Positions 1-10,049 are shown, counted from the stretch's first letter. The stretch: 64,000 nucleotides of DNA from a virus (IMGVR_UViG_3300028833_002727), one strand, 5' to 3'. Program-made: numbers and translations. The notes: generated by a model not told the origin, from the letters alone.

Positions 1-30
1 AAAAGAGTCGCAGGAATGTGGCTCTTTTTT
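1..30 (+). terminator. Intrinsic terminator of the upstream gene
   Basis: Stem AAAAGAGTCGCA / TGTGGCTCTTTT (G-U pairs), GGAA loop, followed by a T run. Confidence 0.7.
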
Positions 31-41
31 GTTTTAATGTA

Positions 42-49
42 GTATTTAT
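42..49 (+). promoter_or_regulatory. Putative late promoter motif GTATTTAT
   Basis: Same 8-mer recurs just upstream of many virion genes. Confidence 0.6.
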
Positions 50-586
50 ATGTATATGGATAATAAAAAATTAAAAAATATAATAAAAGAAAGTATCCTA
101 GCAGAACTTGGTGAGGATGGTAGCAAGTTTAAAGCAACTATTGAATGGGTACAAGATAGGTATAATAAAGCTAATCAAGAACTATTCAATGGGCGACTTG
201 GCGCTTGTAATTTCAAGATTGCTGATTTAGGTGTTAGAACAAATGGAAGATTTACACTAGATACACCATCAAACTATCTTTATTACGATCCAAAAGCAAA
301 CAATCATTTATACGTTGTCCCATATATTGGTGCTAGTAGAATTTACATCAATAAAGAGAATTTTGTTAAATATTGTAATCCAACCATTTTGCTGAATTCA
401 AATCGTTCTGCTACTGAAGAATCAAGATATACAACATTGGTTCACGAAATGTGTCATTATTATACTTACATGTTCGGGTTTGTTCCAAAGCAAGCACATG
501 GTAGAGAATTTAGAGATATTGCATCAATCATAGCATATAGAAGTAATGGCGCAATAACAGTGCAACGGCTTGCAAGCGCAGAATAA
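50..586 (+). CDS. SprT-like zinc metalloprotease with putative capsid-targeting leader (possibly the 5' half of a split gene)
   Basis: TLVHEMCH...HGREF zincin/SprT motifs; N-terminus KLKNIIKESILAE. Confidence 0.75.
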   Translation: MYMDNKKLKNIIKESILAELGEDGSKFKATIEWVQDRYNKANQELFNGRLGACNFKIADLGVRTNGRFTLDTPSNYLYYDPKANNHLYVVPYIGASRIYINKENFVKYCNPTILLNSNRSATEESRYTTLVHEMCHYYTYMFGFVPKQAHGREFRDIASIIAYRSNGAITVQRLASAE

Positions 587-943
587 ATGGCGGGTTATGA
601 ACTTGATGCTGATGTTAAAGCAAAGGAAGCCAGGTTAGATGCTAAGAAAAAAATGAGAAGAGAAATGCAGTCAGTAGCAACAAACTATTACATTTCTCTA
701 TCTCCAAATAATACTATAAGGTTATTCAAAGTTGACAATGCTAAATTGTTATCTGAAATAGTTGAAGGTGAAACCGATAGAGGATGTGAAATGTTTCATA
801 TAACAGATGGTGTTATATCCCATGAATTATATATAAATGGATATAAAGCCGTCAGTCGTAAATATAGATTTTGGACAATACCGTTTAACAATAAACTCAT
901 ACAGAAAGCATTAAACTCATCATCAACTGAGGCTATAAATTAG
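587..943 (+). CDS. Hypothetical protein; in frame with, and possibly the C-terminal part of, the SprT gene
   Basis: Separated from 50..586 only by one in-frame TAA (GAA TAA ATG). Confidence 0.55.
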   Translation: MAGYELDADVKAKEARLDAKKKMRREMQSVATNYYISLSPNNTIRLFKVDNAKLLSEIVEGETDRGCEMFHITDGVISHELYINGYKAVSRKYRFWTIPFNNKLIQKALNSSSTEAIN

Positions 944-960
944 TAAAAGAAATTAAAACA

Positions 961-2742
961 ATGAACAAAGGTTTTGAAATAAATGGTACTATGGATTTAG
1001 GACACATGAGTCCATTAGAACAACAAGAAAATGTTATGGAAAAGAAGATAAATGAACAAACGTTAAGACAAATAGTTCGTGAAAGTTTAAAAGAACTATC
1101 TAACCAAACAATTGGTAGTTATATGCGTGCAACAAAAAACCAAAGAAGGGATAGACAATATGATGCAGGCAAATGGCACGCGATAAAAACTGTTAACGAC
1201 AAATATAGTTTTTGTGTCACATTGGATCTTGGCGAGGAAGTATTATTCACCTTGGGTATGGACAATGAGGAATTCTTCATTCTTGTTGATGTAGATGAAC
1301 ATATGGAAAATAAAGAACCATATACTTTGAAGTTAATGCCTAACAATCCAAGACGTATGTTAGATGGTACTCCAATAACTGAAACAACGGTTGGGTATGT
1401 TATTGATAACCTACGCGCAGGTGAAAGGATGAAACTTAAAGGCTTATGCCAATCCGCTATAGAATTGAATCAAGCATTAAGAGGTAAACAAGCACAAATT
1501 GCTGAATCTGTTAAAGAGAAAGCGGTAAGTAAATCACAACAACGTTTTTTCGGCATGGTTGATGCATATAAAAAAGGTGAGTTGGATAATCCTTCAAAAT
1601 CTGTTAAAGATGCAGCTGATGGTATGTCAATGAAACAGGTAAAAGATTTTGCGAAAACAAAACACAAAGGTTTACCAAACCATGTAGATGAATCTGTCCT
1701 TCGTAGTATAATTAGAGAAACATTAGAACAAACATGGGCTGACAGAGAACCAAAAGATAAAATGGATAACATACGTCTTCAACGTTACCAGGGGTTAGTT
1801 GAAATCGTTGAATACTATCTAAATCAATGCGAAGCTGGAAATGGTGTTGAATTGTCTGATAAACAACGTGAGCAACTTGAAGATGCTTGTAATAAACTAT
1901 GTGTGTTTGGTGAAATTGGTGAAAAGTGGGCAAATCTTGGCAGAAGTATTTTGAGTGGAGATGAAGATGTTGCAGAAGAGAAACCATTTACTGATGAAAA
2001 TGTTTACACAATGGATGACTGGAGGCGTGATGGTTCACTCAAAGTACAGATAGGGCAGTTAATAGCACCTGAAGTATATTGGCAATTAAGAGATAGTGTA
2101 CCGCCAATGTCAGACGGAGGTTGTTTCCAACCTGGTGAAGCATACGACCATGACTGGAGAACTGGAAAAGCACTTTATCAAACATTCACGCGCGAGGGCG
2201 ATAATTATTATAGATACAAAGGATTACAGCCAGCAAGTAGGTGGGGATTAGAAGAAAGTGAATTAAAAAAAACAATAAGAGAAACAGTACAAATGCATTT
2301 AGTAAACGTACTTGGTAAATATACACAAGGAAAAACATCAAGCAAAGAGGCAAACAAGGCTATCATGGATTTAGCAAATAGTTCAAATAAAAAAAAAGTG
2401 AATGAAGATGTTGATGCTCGTACTGCCGCATATTTCGACAAAATTAGAAATGGAGAATATGAGACTTTAGAGTTTGAAGGAAAAATATTTAGTGTCCCTC
2501 CACAGTTAAAACAAATAGCACAGAAAACTGCCGACAAATTTGGGGTTAGGGTATCAACATATGTAGGAGAAGACGAAAGAAAACTTTATTATGGCTTATT
2601 AGTTGATGTTCCAGAAAATTGTGTTTTTCCAACATTATCCAATAACATTAGGTTATTTTTATTAGATTATGATATACATTATATAGGTTGGTACAAGAGA
2701 GGCATCTTTTTTTACCAGCAAATAATGAAAAAACCATACTAA
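961..2742 (+). CDS. Modular putative internal head protein with a DUF3008-like module
   Basis: Three copies of E-x-x-L-[RK]-x-x-[IV]-R-E; segment KAVSKSQQRFFGMV...DFAKTKHKGLP resembles DUF3008. Confidence 0.6.
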   Translation: MNKGFEINGTMDLGHMSPLEQQENVMEKKINEQTLRQIVRESLKELSNQTIGSYMRATKNQRRDRQYDAGKWHAIKTVNDKYSFCVTLDLGEEVLFTLGMDNEEFFILVDVDEHMENKEPYTLKLMPNNPRRMLDGTPITETTVGYVIDNLRAGERMKLKGLCQSAIELNQALRGKQAQIAESVKEKAVSKSQQRFFGMVDAYKKGELDNPSKSVKDAADGMSMKQVKDFAKTKHKGLPNHVDESVLRSIIRETLEQTWADREPKDKMDNIRLQRYQGLVEIVEYYLNQCEAGNGVELSDKQREQLEDACNKLCVFGEIGEKWANLGRSILSGDEDVAEEKPFTDENVYTMDDWRRDGSLKVQIGQLIAPEVYWQLRDSVPPMSDGGCFQPGEAYDHDWRTGKALYQTFTREGDNYYRYKGLQPASRWGLEESELKKTIRETVQMHLVNVLGKYTQGKTSSKEANKAIMDLANSSNKKKVNEDVDARTAAYFDKIRNGEYETLEFEGKIFSVPPQLKQIAQKTADKFGVRVSTYVGEDERKLYYGLLVDVPENCVFPTLSNNIRLFLLDYDIHYIGWYKRGIFFYQQIMKKPY

Positions 2743-2828
2743 AAACATTAAATAATAAAAAAAAAACACTTTTTTTTGCAAAAATATGCATTTTTTTTAC
2801 ATTGATGTGTATTTTTCAAAATTGCATT

Positions 2829-2836
2829 GTATTTAT
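2829..2836 (+). promoter_or_regulatory. Putative late promoter GTATTTAT (scaffold-capsid operon)
   Basis: Recurrent motif, intergenic. Confidence 0.65.
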
Positions 2837-2926
2837 AGGTAAAGAATTTCACAAATGTTGTAATTGATATTTATTATAACAATAAACAACGGTAAATAAT
2901 AATCGAAAAAAGATTAGAACAATAAT

Positions 2927-4459
2927 ATGAGTAAGAAAAACAATACGGCACAAAAATCTGCTCTTGAAATTGAACAACTTTCAAAGGCTTTGAGAGAAGG
3001 TACTGAAAAAACTTTACGTAATCTTCTCAAAGAAGCAATTGAAGACATCGTTGACAACGATGAGGAATCACAAGATGCAGAACCTATCGAAGATGATAGT
3101 TATGAGGTACAAGATGTCGAAACTGACGAAACTCCAAGTGATGCACCTGAAGAAGGTGAACCAGAGACATCTGGCGAAGGCGAGGAAGCATCTTCAGATG
3201 ACGAAGGTGGAGCCGACGAATGGGGTGATTACGACGAGTTCAAGGTAGGAGATAATGAATATGATTTCACTGGCGTGGATGGAGATTTAGCTCTCAAGAT
3301 TTATCAAGCACTATCAGATGACGACCAAATCAGTGTTAAGAAAGATGATGAAGGTAACATCAAGGTTAGTGATGGTGAAACTGGCGCAGGAGTAGTGATC
3401 GAACTAACACCTGAAGATGGTGGTGCAGAGAATGGCGAAGAAGGTATTTCTGATAAACTTCCTGGTGACGAAGGTGCAGAAGGTGATGCTGATGGCGACA
3501 TTGACATTCAACTTGAACCAGACGCAGAAGGTGGTGCAGATGATGAAATCGAAATCGACTTAGGTGACGGTTTAGATGATGAACCATCTGATGATGAACT
3601 TAACGAAGATTTAGGTTACACTGACAGTTATCAGAAAGATGTTATGCCAGGTTTAAAAATGAACGAACCAGCAGATAAAAAAGCAACTTACAGTATGGAT
3701 GATGGTGCTCCAGAAGGTAACAAAAAACCTTGGGCTGGTAAGCACACTGAAAAAGACTACAAAGAGACACATACTGATTTAGCAGAAGGTTGTGAAGGTG
3801 GTGCTTGCGAAAAAGAACTTGAGGAAGGTGCTATGAGCACATCAAGTCAATCAGTAGCAAAAGAAACACACACTCCAACATCTGAACCACGTGCTAACAA
3901 CGCACGTCAAGTTGCAAAATTAGTTCACAATGGTGGTAAACAGTTAGACGAGGCAAAAGCATTAAAAATCCTTGAAGCAGCAAAGGCCATTCAAGCAGAA
4001 AATAAACAAATTAAAGCCTTAGCAGGTAAGTTAAGAAAAAGTCTTATGGAGGCTGCAACTCTTAACATGAACTATGGTAAAATTGTTACTTTGTTAGTTA
4101 ACGAAAGTACTACAAAGGCTGAGAAACAATCAATCATTGAACGTTTCAATAAAGTTACCACAGTTAAAGAAGGTGCAATTCTATTTGAATCAATCAAACG
4201 TGAATTGAACGAAAGTCACAAGAGTGATGCTGCAAACGTTCTAAACGAACAAATTTCAGCAGAGTCTTCAAGACAAATCAACGAAACTACATTCTATCAA
4301 ACAAGTGCTAACAACAAGAGTATTTCTTTAATGGAAAGAATGGATAACCTAGGTAGAAACTACTCAAAAGGTGGCTACAAACCAATTAACGAAAATACTA
4401 GTAAAGGGCTTGACTTAATGAATAGAATTAGTGGACTCCAAACAAAAAGACAAGTATAA
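2927..4459 (+). CDS. Prohead core/scaffolding protein (gp22-like)
   Basis: Directly upstream of the major capsid gene; very acidic, coiled-coil C-terminal half, many (L/I)-x-E sites. Confidence 0.7.
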   Translation: MSKKNNTAQKSALEIEQLSKALREGTEKTLRNLLKEAIEDIVDNDEESQDAEPIEDDSYEVQDVETDETPSDAPEEGEPETSGEGEEASSDDEGGADEWGDYDEFKVGDNEYDFTGVDGDLALKIYQALSDDDQISVKKDDEGNIKVSDGETGAGVVIELTPEDGGAENGEEGISDKLPGDEGAEGDADGDIDIQLEPDAEGGADDEIEIDLGDGLDDEPSDDELNEDLGYTDSYQKDVMPGLKMNEPADKKATYSMDDGAPEGNKKPWAGKHTEKDYKETHTDLAEGCEGGACEKELEEGAMSTSSQSVAKETHTPTSEPRANNARQVAKLVHNGGKQLDEAKALKILEAAKAIQAENKQIKALAGKLRKSLMEAATLNMNYGKIVTLLVNESTTKAEKQSIIERFNKVTTVKEGAILFESIKRELNESHKSDAANVLNEQISAESSRQINETTFYQTSANNKSISLMERMDNLGRNYSKGGYKPINENTSKGLDLMNRISGLQTKRQV

Positions 4460-4497
4460 AAAAGAATAATCATTAAATTAAAAAACAATAAACAATT

Positions 4498-6378
4498 ATG
4501 CAATCACAATTCTTATTAGAAAATCATTTAGGTGAAGCAGCGCTTCAACAACAAAAACAAGCTCGCGAACTTATTAGAGAACGTTGGAGTAACCTTGGTT
4601 TTACTAGAGGTTTAGAGGGTTATATGGAAGATAACATGGCAACTCTTTTCGAAAACGAGGCTCAAATGATGCTTTCAGAATCAACTGACGCACAAAACAG
4701 TGGTTCATTCGAAACAGTTGTATTCCCATTAGTACGTCGTGTATTCTCACGTCTATTGGCTAACGACATCGTATCTGTTCAAGCAATGAACATGCCTATT
4801 GGTAAATTGTTCTTCATCCTTCCTGTTACTAGCGAAAGACAATGGGATTTCGACGACATCGCACAAGCACTTTCTGCTTTGATGAGCGGACAAACTGTAG
4901 CAGGTAAACACGTTGGTTTGATGGGTTACCAAAGAACTAACCGTAACGAATGGGACGAAAACGGTGAAGGTACAAAACAAAACCGTTATTACTTACCAGA
5001 CGAAGTAGTTAAACCTACTAGCAATGTTGAACCAAAAGTAACAGAGTACTTCAAGAAATCTCTTTACGATATGTTCTATAACGATGGTTTGTTCGACCAA
5101 TCAAAAGGCCAAATCCATCTAAGAGCAGGTGAATTAGAGGAAATCGACAGAATCGAATTCGACGGTTCAGAAGTTGCACACGTAAGTGGCGCTCCACGTG
5201 CATTAGCATTCGATGGTACTGTTCGTAGTATCAAAGTTAAATTATCAGGTTTCAGCCCAGTAAACGCTGGTAGACTTATCGGTCCTGACGGTAACGAAAT
5301 GGACACTGAGGCTTTCTTGGCATCATTGAAAATTGTTACTAAAACTGAAATCGCAGCAGCTACAGGCGAAACAACAACAACTTCATTCAAGGAGTTAGAA
5401 CCAGTTCACTTCCGCGTTGTAACACAACAATATGGCCGTGCAATGGTTCAATACGATAGCATCTGCAATGCTAAAGGCGAAATCTTACTTGAAATCGACT
5501 TAACAAAACCAACTGTACAAATGGGTAAAACTATTGACGGTTACATTGGTGTTGACGCAGACGCAATCGGTGATGTAAACGAAACATTCTTAGCAGTTTG
5601 GGCAGAATACGACAGCCTTGAACTTGAAACTGAAATCGGTGAAGTTTCATTCAAACTTACAGACGTAACAGTTTCTGTTGAGGAAAGAAAACTTCGTGCA
5701 ACCTGGTCACCAGAATTAGCACAAGACGTTGCTGCATTCCACAACATCGACGCTGAAGCAGAGTTAACTGCTATCCTTTCAGAGCAAATCGCTGCTGAAA
5801 TCGACCGTGAAATCCTCCGTGACTTGCGTAAAGCATCTCCATGGACAATCAAATGGGATTACAATGGCTGGCGCCGTCAAGCAGGTTTCTCAACAAACTA
5901 CACTCAGAAAGACTGGAACCAAACTCTTATGACTAAGATTAACCAACTTTCTGCTCAAATCCATAAAGCAACTTTACGTGGTGGTGCAAACTTCATCGTA
6001 GTTTCTACTGAAATTTCAGCCGTTCTTAACGACTTAGAGTACTTCCATGTAACAGACGCTAACGCTGAAGCAGTTCAATATTCAATGGGTATTGAAAAAG
6101 TTGGTGCTCTTCAAGGACGTTATGAGGTATTCGTAGATCCATACAGTCCAGCACAATCATTGATTATGGGTCACAAGGGTGATAGTTTGTTAGACACTGG
6201 TTACATCTACGCTCCATATGTACCAATGCAATTAACTCCAACTATCTATAATCCATTCAACTTCGCACCAGTAAAGGGTATCATCACTCGTTACGCTAAG
6301 AAGATGGTTAACAACAGATATTATGGTTCATTGGTAGTTAATGGACTTCAAACTTGGGACATCAACGAACTCCGTTAA
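4498..6378 (+). CDS. gp23: Major capsid protein, T4 gp23 family
   Basis: PLVRRVF...DIVSVQAMNMPIG, RKLRATWSPELAQD, IDAEAEL...EIDREI, GYIYAPYVP, TRYAK; strongly biased codon usage. Confidence 0.97.
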   Translation: MQSQFLLENHLGEAALQQQKQARELIRERWSNLGFTRGLEGYMEDNMATLFENEAQMMLSESTDAQNSGSFETVVFPLVRRVFSRLLANDIVSVQAMNMPIGKLFFILPVTSERQWDFDDIAQALSALMSGQTVAGKHVGLMGYQRTNRNEWDENGEGTKQNRYYLPDEVVKPTSNVEPKVTEYFKKSLYDMFYNDGLFDQSKGQIHLRAGELEEIDRIEFDGSEVAHVSGAPRALAFDGTVRSIKVKLSGFSPVNAGRLIGPDGNEMDTEAFLASLKIVTKTEIAAATGETTTTSFKELEPVHFRVVTQQYGRAMVQYDSICNAKGEILLEIDLTKPTVQMGKTIDGYIGVDADAIGDVNETFLAVWAEYDSLELETEIGEVSFKLTDVTVSVEERKLRATWSPELAQDVAAFHNIDAEAELTAILSEQIAAEIDREILRDLRKASPWTIKWDYNGWRRQAGFSTNYTQKDWNQTLMTKINQLSAQIHKATLRGGANFIVVSTEISAVLNDLEYFHVTDANAEAVQYSMGIEKVGALQGRYEVFVDPYSPAQSLIMGHKGDSLLDTGYIYAPYVPMQLTPTIYNPFNFAPVKGIITRYAKKMVNNRYYGSLVVNGLQTWDINELR

Positions 6379-6410
6379 TCTTCGGATTAGAAGTTTGTTA
6401 AATAAAATGA

Positions 6411-6442
6411 TAAAGCATCGAGGTATCGGTGCTTTATTTTTT
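6411..6442 (+). terminator. Intrinsic terminator after the capsid gene
   Basis: TAAAGCATCGA-GGTA-TCGGTGCTTTA plus T run. Confidence 0.8.
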
Positions 6443-6456
6443 TGTATATGGGCAAC

Positions 6457-6485
6457 AAAAAAACGCTATTCGGAAATAGCGTTTT
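6457..6485 (-). terminator. Intrinsic terminator of the minus-strand peptide pair
   Basis: AAAACGCTATT-CGGA-AATAGCGTTTT with flanking A run. Confidence 0.75.
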
Positions 6486-6506
6486 AATTTTATGTGAATG
6501 TGTTTA

Positions 6507-6701
6507 TTATGAGAATATAACAGGGAATTTATCACCAAATACCCATTGTACTGGTGTAACTGGTCCACCACCCCCGCCTTCACTATCTGACTTCAAGGCT
6601 AAAGATGCGGTATTTTGTTTTTTCTTCGTATTAGGATATTGTATTCCAGTATAAATTGTATAAATACCCGGACTATTATGTCTTCCTCTAATTTTTCCCA
6701 T
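6507..6701 (-). CDS. 64-aa protein whose N-terminus copies the tail sheath N-terminal arm
   Basis: MGKIRGRHNSPGIYTIYT vs sheath MGKIRGTHSSPGIYSQFT; downstream of a late motif and upstream of a terminator. Confidence 0.75.
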   Translation of the reverse strand: MGKIRGRHNSPGIYTIYTGIQYPNTKKKQNTASLALKSDSEGGGGGPVTPVQWVFGDKFPVIFS

Positions 6702-6702
6702 T

Positions 6703-6840
6703 TTAATATCTTTCTAATACTCGTCTTATTGTTTTTTTAGCACCAGGTGATTTGTGTACCACATGTGTTACAGGTTTTTGATTTCTTCTTGGTTGTGAAC
6801 CAGAACTTGTTTTAACACCTTTATTACATGAACATCCCAT
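6703..6840 (-). CDS. 45-aa basic peptide (MGCSCNKG...), missing from the ORF track
   Basis: Hand translation MGCSCNKGVKTSSGSQPRRNQKPVTHVVHKSPGAKKTIRRVLERY*; late motif at 6881-6888; abuts the next ORF. Confidence 0.65.
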   Translation of the reverse strand: MGCSCNKGVKTSSGSQPRRNQKPVTHVVHKSPGAKKTIRRVLERY

Positions 6841-6880
6841 AATTTTTTCAGGTTATTTAGTCTATATTATTTCTCTTATA

Positions 6881-6888
6881 ATAAATAC
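6881..6888 (-). promoter_or_regulatory. Putative late promoter GTATTTAT
   Basis: ATAAATAC on the + strand, 40 nt upstream of the 6840 ATG. Confidence 0.6.
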
Positions 6889-6909
6889 TTGCTACATTGC
6901 AAAAATCAA

Positions 6910-8829
6910 TTAAAAATATCTAGGTTTTTTTGTTGATGCACCGCAGAATAGCCACATATTTGGGTTATTTTTCTTTTCAACTGTTTTATTAGTAAACATA
7001 ACATCCTGAACACGTAGTTTATTTTCAACTGGAGCGTCTTCACGTTTCTCACGATTTTGTGTTTGTATAATACGACTATTAGCTCTAACCATTGCGTTAA
7101 GCATCGCCATATCACGGTTCTTTTGTTCGATTTGTTTACTAACAGAGTGTTGCATTACGAACAATCCCATCGCTAAACATGTAATGGTATCATCGTGACA
7201 ACCTTCCTTGTGATCCATACCACGTGAACCTTGCACGAATACCCAAGTATCTAATTCGTTACATACACGTGAAGAACGTATCTTGAATTGATTAGTTCTA
7301 ACAAGATTAGCAAATTCACTTAACATGTTGTAACGAAGTGATGTTGTGTGATAACCTGGTAATCCCTGATCCGTTACCTTTGTTGGGGTAGCATCATTTT
7401 GGTTTGTATATTTTTTCAACATTGGGTCGTCATAGTATAGGTTTTTATAACCAAGACGTTGTAGAATCATCAATGTTGCTGCACCATAACCACCAATATC
7501 TTCAACAACAATGAATGCGTTGTTATATTGTACACCATATGAATATGCTAATTCACCAACTATATCACCAGTAAGTTTACCATTATATTCAAGTACTTGT
7601 TCAACACATGGCATACCATTGTCATCAATACCATCTAAGTCGATTATTTCAAGTGCTGTAGCATCATCACTAGAACCTCTTGAGTTATCTATAGACATTA
7701 GGTATCTGTGCCCTTCATAAGGCGGTTTCCATACCCATGTATCTTCAACACCAGGGTCTTTAAGATTTGGATTTGGTTCTCTTACATTTAACTCACGTTG
7801 CATTTCAATGTATTGAGGTTCAATAACAGTTGAATCAGAACCCAAGAATGAAGCATCCAACTCTTGTGCAATCTTTTGTGGGTCGTTGTTGAACTGTTGA
7901 CACATTTTTACATACCAAGGTGAACGAGGTGTCCAACCGTCTTTTATTCGTTTCTCCCATTTCTCTTCGTTATATTCGATAGTTCCAGTATCATCAAGTG
8001 TCGGTTCTTTCTCAATATCATAATCACCAGTTGTATCATTCTTTTTGAGCCATTCCAGGTGTTTATTATAACGAGGGTCTTGATACCAGTGCATCTCAAC
8101 CAATTCAAAACCATTCCAATCACGAGTTCCTTTTAATTTAGCACGTTTACAGGTTTCGTAGTACAACTGATCTTTACCGTTTGGTGTACTAATGAACAAA
8201 CAACGTCCCTTTGTCGCACTAATTGTAGGAAGGGCGGCAGTATAAACGTCTTTTGCATTTTCAATGAAGGCTACCTCATCGAAAACTAGGAAGTGTACAG
8301 TCAAACCACGAGATGCTTGTATATCTGATGAACGAGCATAAATTTTACAGCCGTTCTTCAAGAACATCTCTTTTTGATTTCGTTTATCGAAAATCACATT
8401 ATCGTTTGCTGGTGGTTTTGAAATATCATATCCAGCGTTAATAAACTCTTCTGTGTGTCCCCACATCCATAATGGTATTTGCATTAAGAAGTCGTAAACT
8501 TTTAAGAACATTTGTTGTGCAATTTCCAATGTATTACCAATAATAAGCGTGTTTTTTGGTGAACCATCATCTGCCATTACAGCTTCACAGCATGTATAAG
8601 CAGCAGCAACTGTTGAAATACCGCTCTGACGGCTCTTTGTTGTTACAACTGAGTGTTGTCCATCACCAAGTGCTTTGCATAATAATTGTTGACGAGGGAA
8701 AAGCCCAAAATCAACTTCTTTACCTTGTGTGCCATCGTATGTTTTTAGATAATGCGTAATCATATAGATGCGGCTTTTATCAATATAACATTTGATATAT
8801 TCTTCAGAAAGTGTTTGTGCGTCTAACAT
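6910..8829 (-). CDS. gp17: Terminase large subunit, T4 gp17 family
   Basis: KSRQSGIST Walker A, LVFDEVAF Walker B, STPNG coupling motif, nuclease motifs SIDNSRG and HDD. Confidence 0.95.
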   Translation of the reverse strand: MLDAQTLSEEYIKCYIDKSRIYMITHYLKTYDGTQGKEVDFGLFPRQQLLCKALGDGQHSVVTTKSRQSGISTVAAAYTCCEAVMADDGSPKNTLIIGNTLEIAQQMFLKVYDFLMQIPLWMWGHTEEFINAGYDISKPPANDNVIFDKRNQKEMFLKNGCKIYARSSDIQASRGLTVHFLVFDEVAFIENAKDVYTAALPTISATKGRCLFISTPNGKDQLYYETCKRAKLKGTRDWNGFELVEMHWYQDPRYNKHLEWLKKNDTTGDYDIEKEPTLDDTGTIEYNEEKWEKRIKDGWTPRSPWYVKMCQQFNNDPQKIAQELDASFLGSDSTVIEPQYIEMQRELNVREPNPNLKDPGVEDTWVWKPPYEGHRYLMSIDNSRGSSDDATALEIIDLDGIDDNGMPCVEQVLEYNGKLTGDIVGELAYSYGVQYNNAFIVVEDIGGYGAATLMILQRLGYKNLYYDDPMLKKYTNQNDATPTKVTDQGLPGYHTTSLRYNMLSEFANLVRTNQFKIRSSRVCNELDTWVFVQGSRGMDHKEGCHDDTITCLAMGLFVMQHSVSKQIEQKNRDMAMLNAMVRANSRIIQTQNREKREDAPVENKLRVQDVMFTNKTVEKKNNPNMWLFCGASTKKPRYF

Positions 8830-8885
8830 AATTTTTTCATTTTTGTAAATTTGTTATTATTCCCTTCATATTTCACTATGAAGTA

Positions 8886-8893
8886 ATAAATAC
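8886..8893 (-). promoter_or_regulatory. Putative late promoter GTATTTAT (terminase)
   Basis: Recurrent motif; divergent copies at 8986-8993 and 9006-9013. Confidence 0.6.
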
Positions 8894-9020
8894 CCCTTTA
8901 TTATAAAATATCACAATATAAATGAAAAAAACCATATTTTTCTCTATAAAAGTGTGTATTTTTACATGTTTTTAGGCGTTTCAAGGTATTTATTGTTAAG
9001 AATTAGTATTTATAAACACT

Positions 9021-10049
9021 ATGTTAACAGAGAAATTAAAGAAACATATAACAGATTTAATATATAACTTATTATCTGAAGGTATTCAGGATGCGAGTGA
9101 TGAAGAATTACTTGCAAAAATAACTTCAGGTGAAAAAGTTTTCCACCGCCCAAAAGACGCTTATGGTTCTGACCCGTTGGCTACCATAAAAAGTTTGTTC
9201 AGACGTGGTTTCTCGCGTGAATATACAGGTAGTAACGGTGGGAATATGTATGGTACAGGCGTTTATAACGTTTACAATTTGAGAAGTAGTAATGAAAAAG
9301 CGCGTGGATATGGTAGATACATATTACAATCATACGTAGTAGATGGTTATAAGAACTTCTTAATATTCAATAGCGACATCGCTAAAAAATATTACGGAGA
9401 AAACTGGTGGATTGGTAATCAAATTAAATTGTTAATGCCACCACAAATGGCGAGTAGAGTGTTACGAATGGTTGGGCATAATTTGTATATGAACGATTTC
9501 AAATCACTCGATAAAAAAACTGCATCTATTGCTTATCAGATTTTCTCAATTGTTGGTGAATCTGGTATGAGGCAAACAAAAATACGTGGCATTATATATG
9601 ACGGTGGACATGATGGTTCATGTGCGTTCGTTAGGGATTTTAGTGATGTTTGCCCTTATGCTTATAGTGACGATAACGGTAAAACCTGGAAAAAAGGTAT
9701 AACAAGAGAATTGATGCAACATGTGATGGGTAACATTGATACGGAATTTGAATTGAAAAACAGAATTGACTCTGCTGGCAATCGTAAATTCGATGATGTT
9801 GCGAAGAAATCAATTAACGGTTTTGCTATTGTTTACAAACATAACAAAGTTAATTATTATTCTGTTGAGACACGTAGTTTAATATCAAACGTTTGGTTTG
9901 ATGAGGGTATGAACTTTGATGAAGATGGATACGCTGAAGTGGTTTACCAAGGCTCTCCATTGTGTGTTCACAATGATGGTGGCGGTGAGTATTCAATCAC
10001 TGACATGGACGGCGCATACTTATGCAAAATAAGTGATTTAGAAATGTAA
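9021..10049 (+). CDS. Putative ADP-ribosyltransferase-fold protein with C-terminal WG-like repeat
   Basis: VFH...RRGF...GNMYGTGVY...GYGRYI pattern resembles PARP/H-Y-E ARTs; C-terminal NGFAIV...WFD...F-DEDGYAEV. Confidence 0.55.
   Translation: MLTEKLKKHITDLIYNLLSEGIQDASDEELLAKITSGEKVFHRPKDAYGSDPLATIKSLFRRGFSREYTGSNGGNMYGTGVYNVYNLRSSNEKARGYGRYILQSYVVDGYKNFLIFNSDIAKKYYGENWWIGNQIKLLMPPQMASRVLRMVGHNLYMNDFKSLDKKTASIAYQIFSIVGESGMRQTKIRGIIYDGGHDGSCAFVRDFSDVCPYAYSDDNGKTWKKGITRELMQHVMGNIDTEFELKNRIDSAGNRKFDDVAKKSINGFAIVYKHNKVNYYSVETRSLISNVWFDEGMNFDEDGYAEVVYQGSPLCVHNDGGGEYSITDMDGAYLCKISDLEM

Noticed and set aside
6376-6390. Stop-codon read-through extension of the capsid protein
   Set aside because: An in-frame TAG follows after three codons
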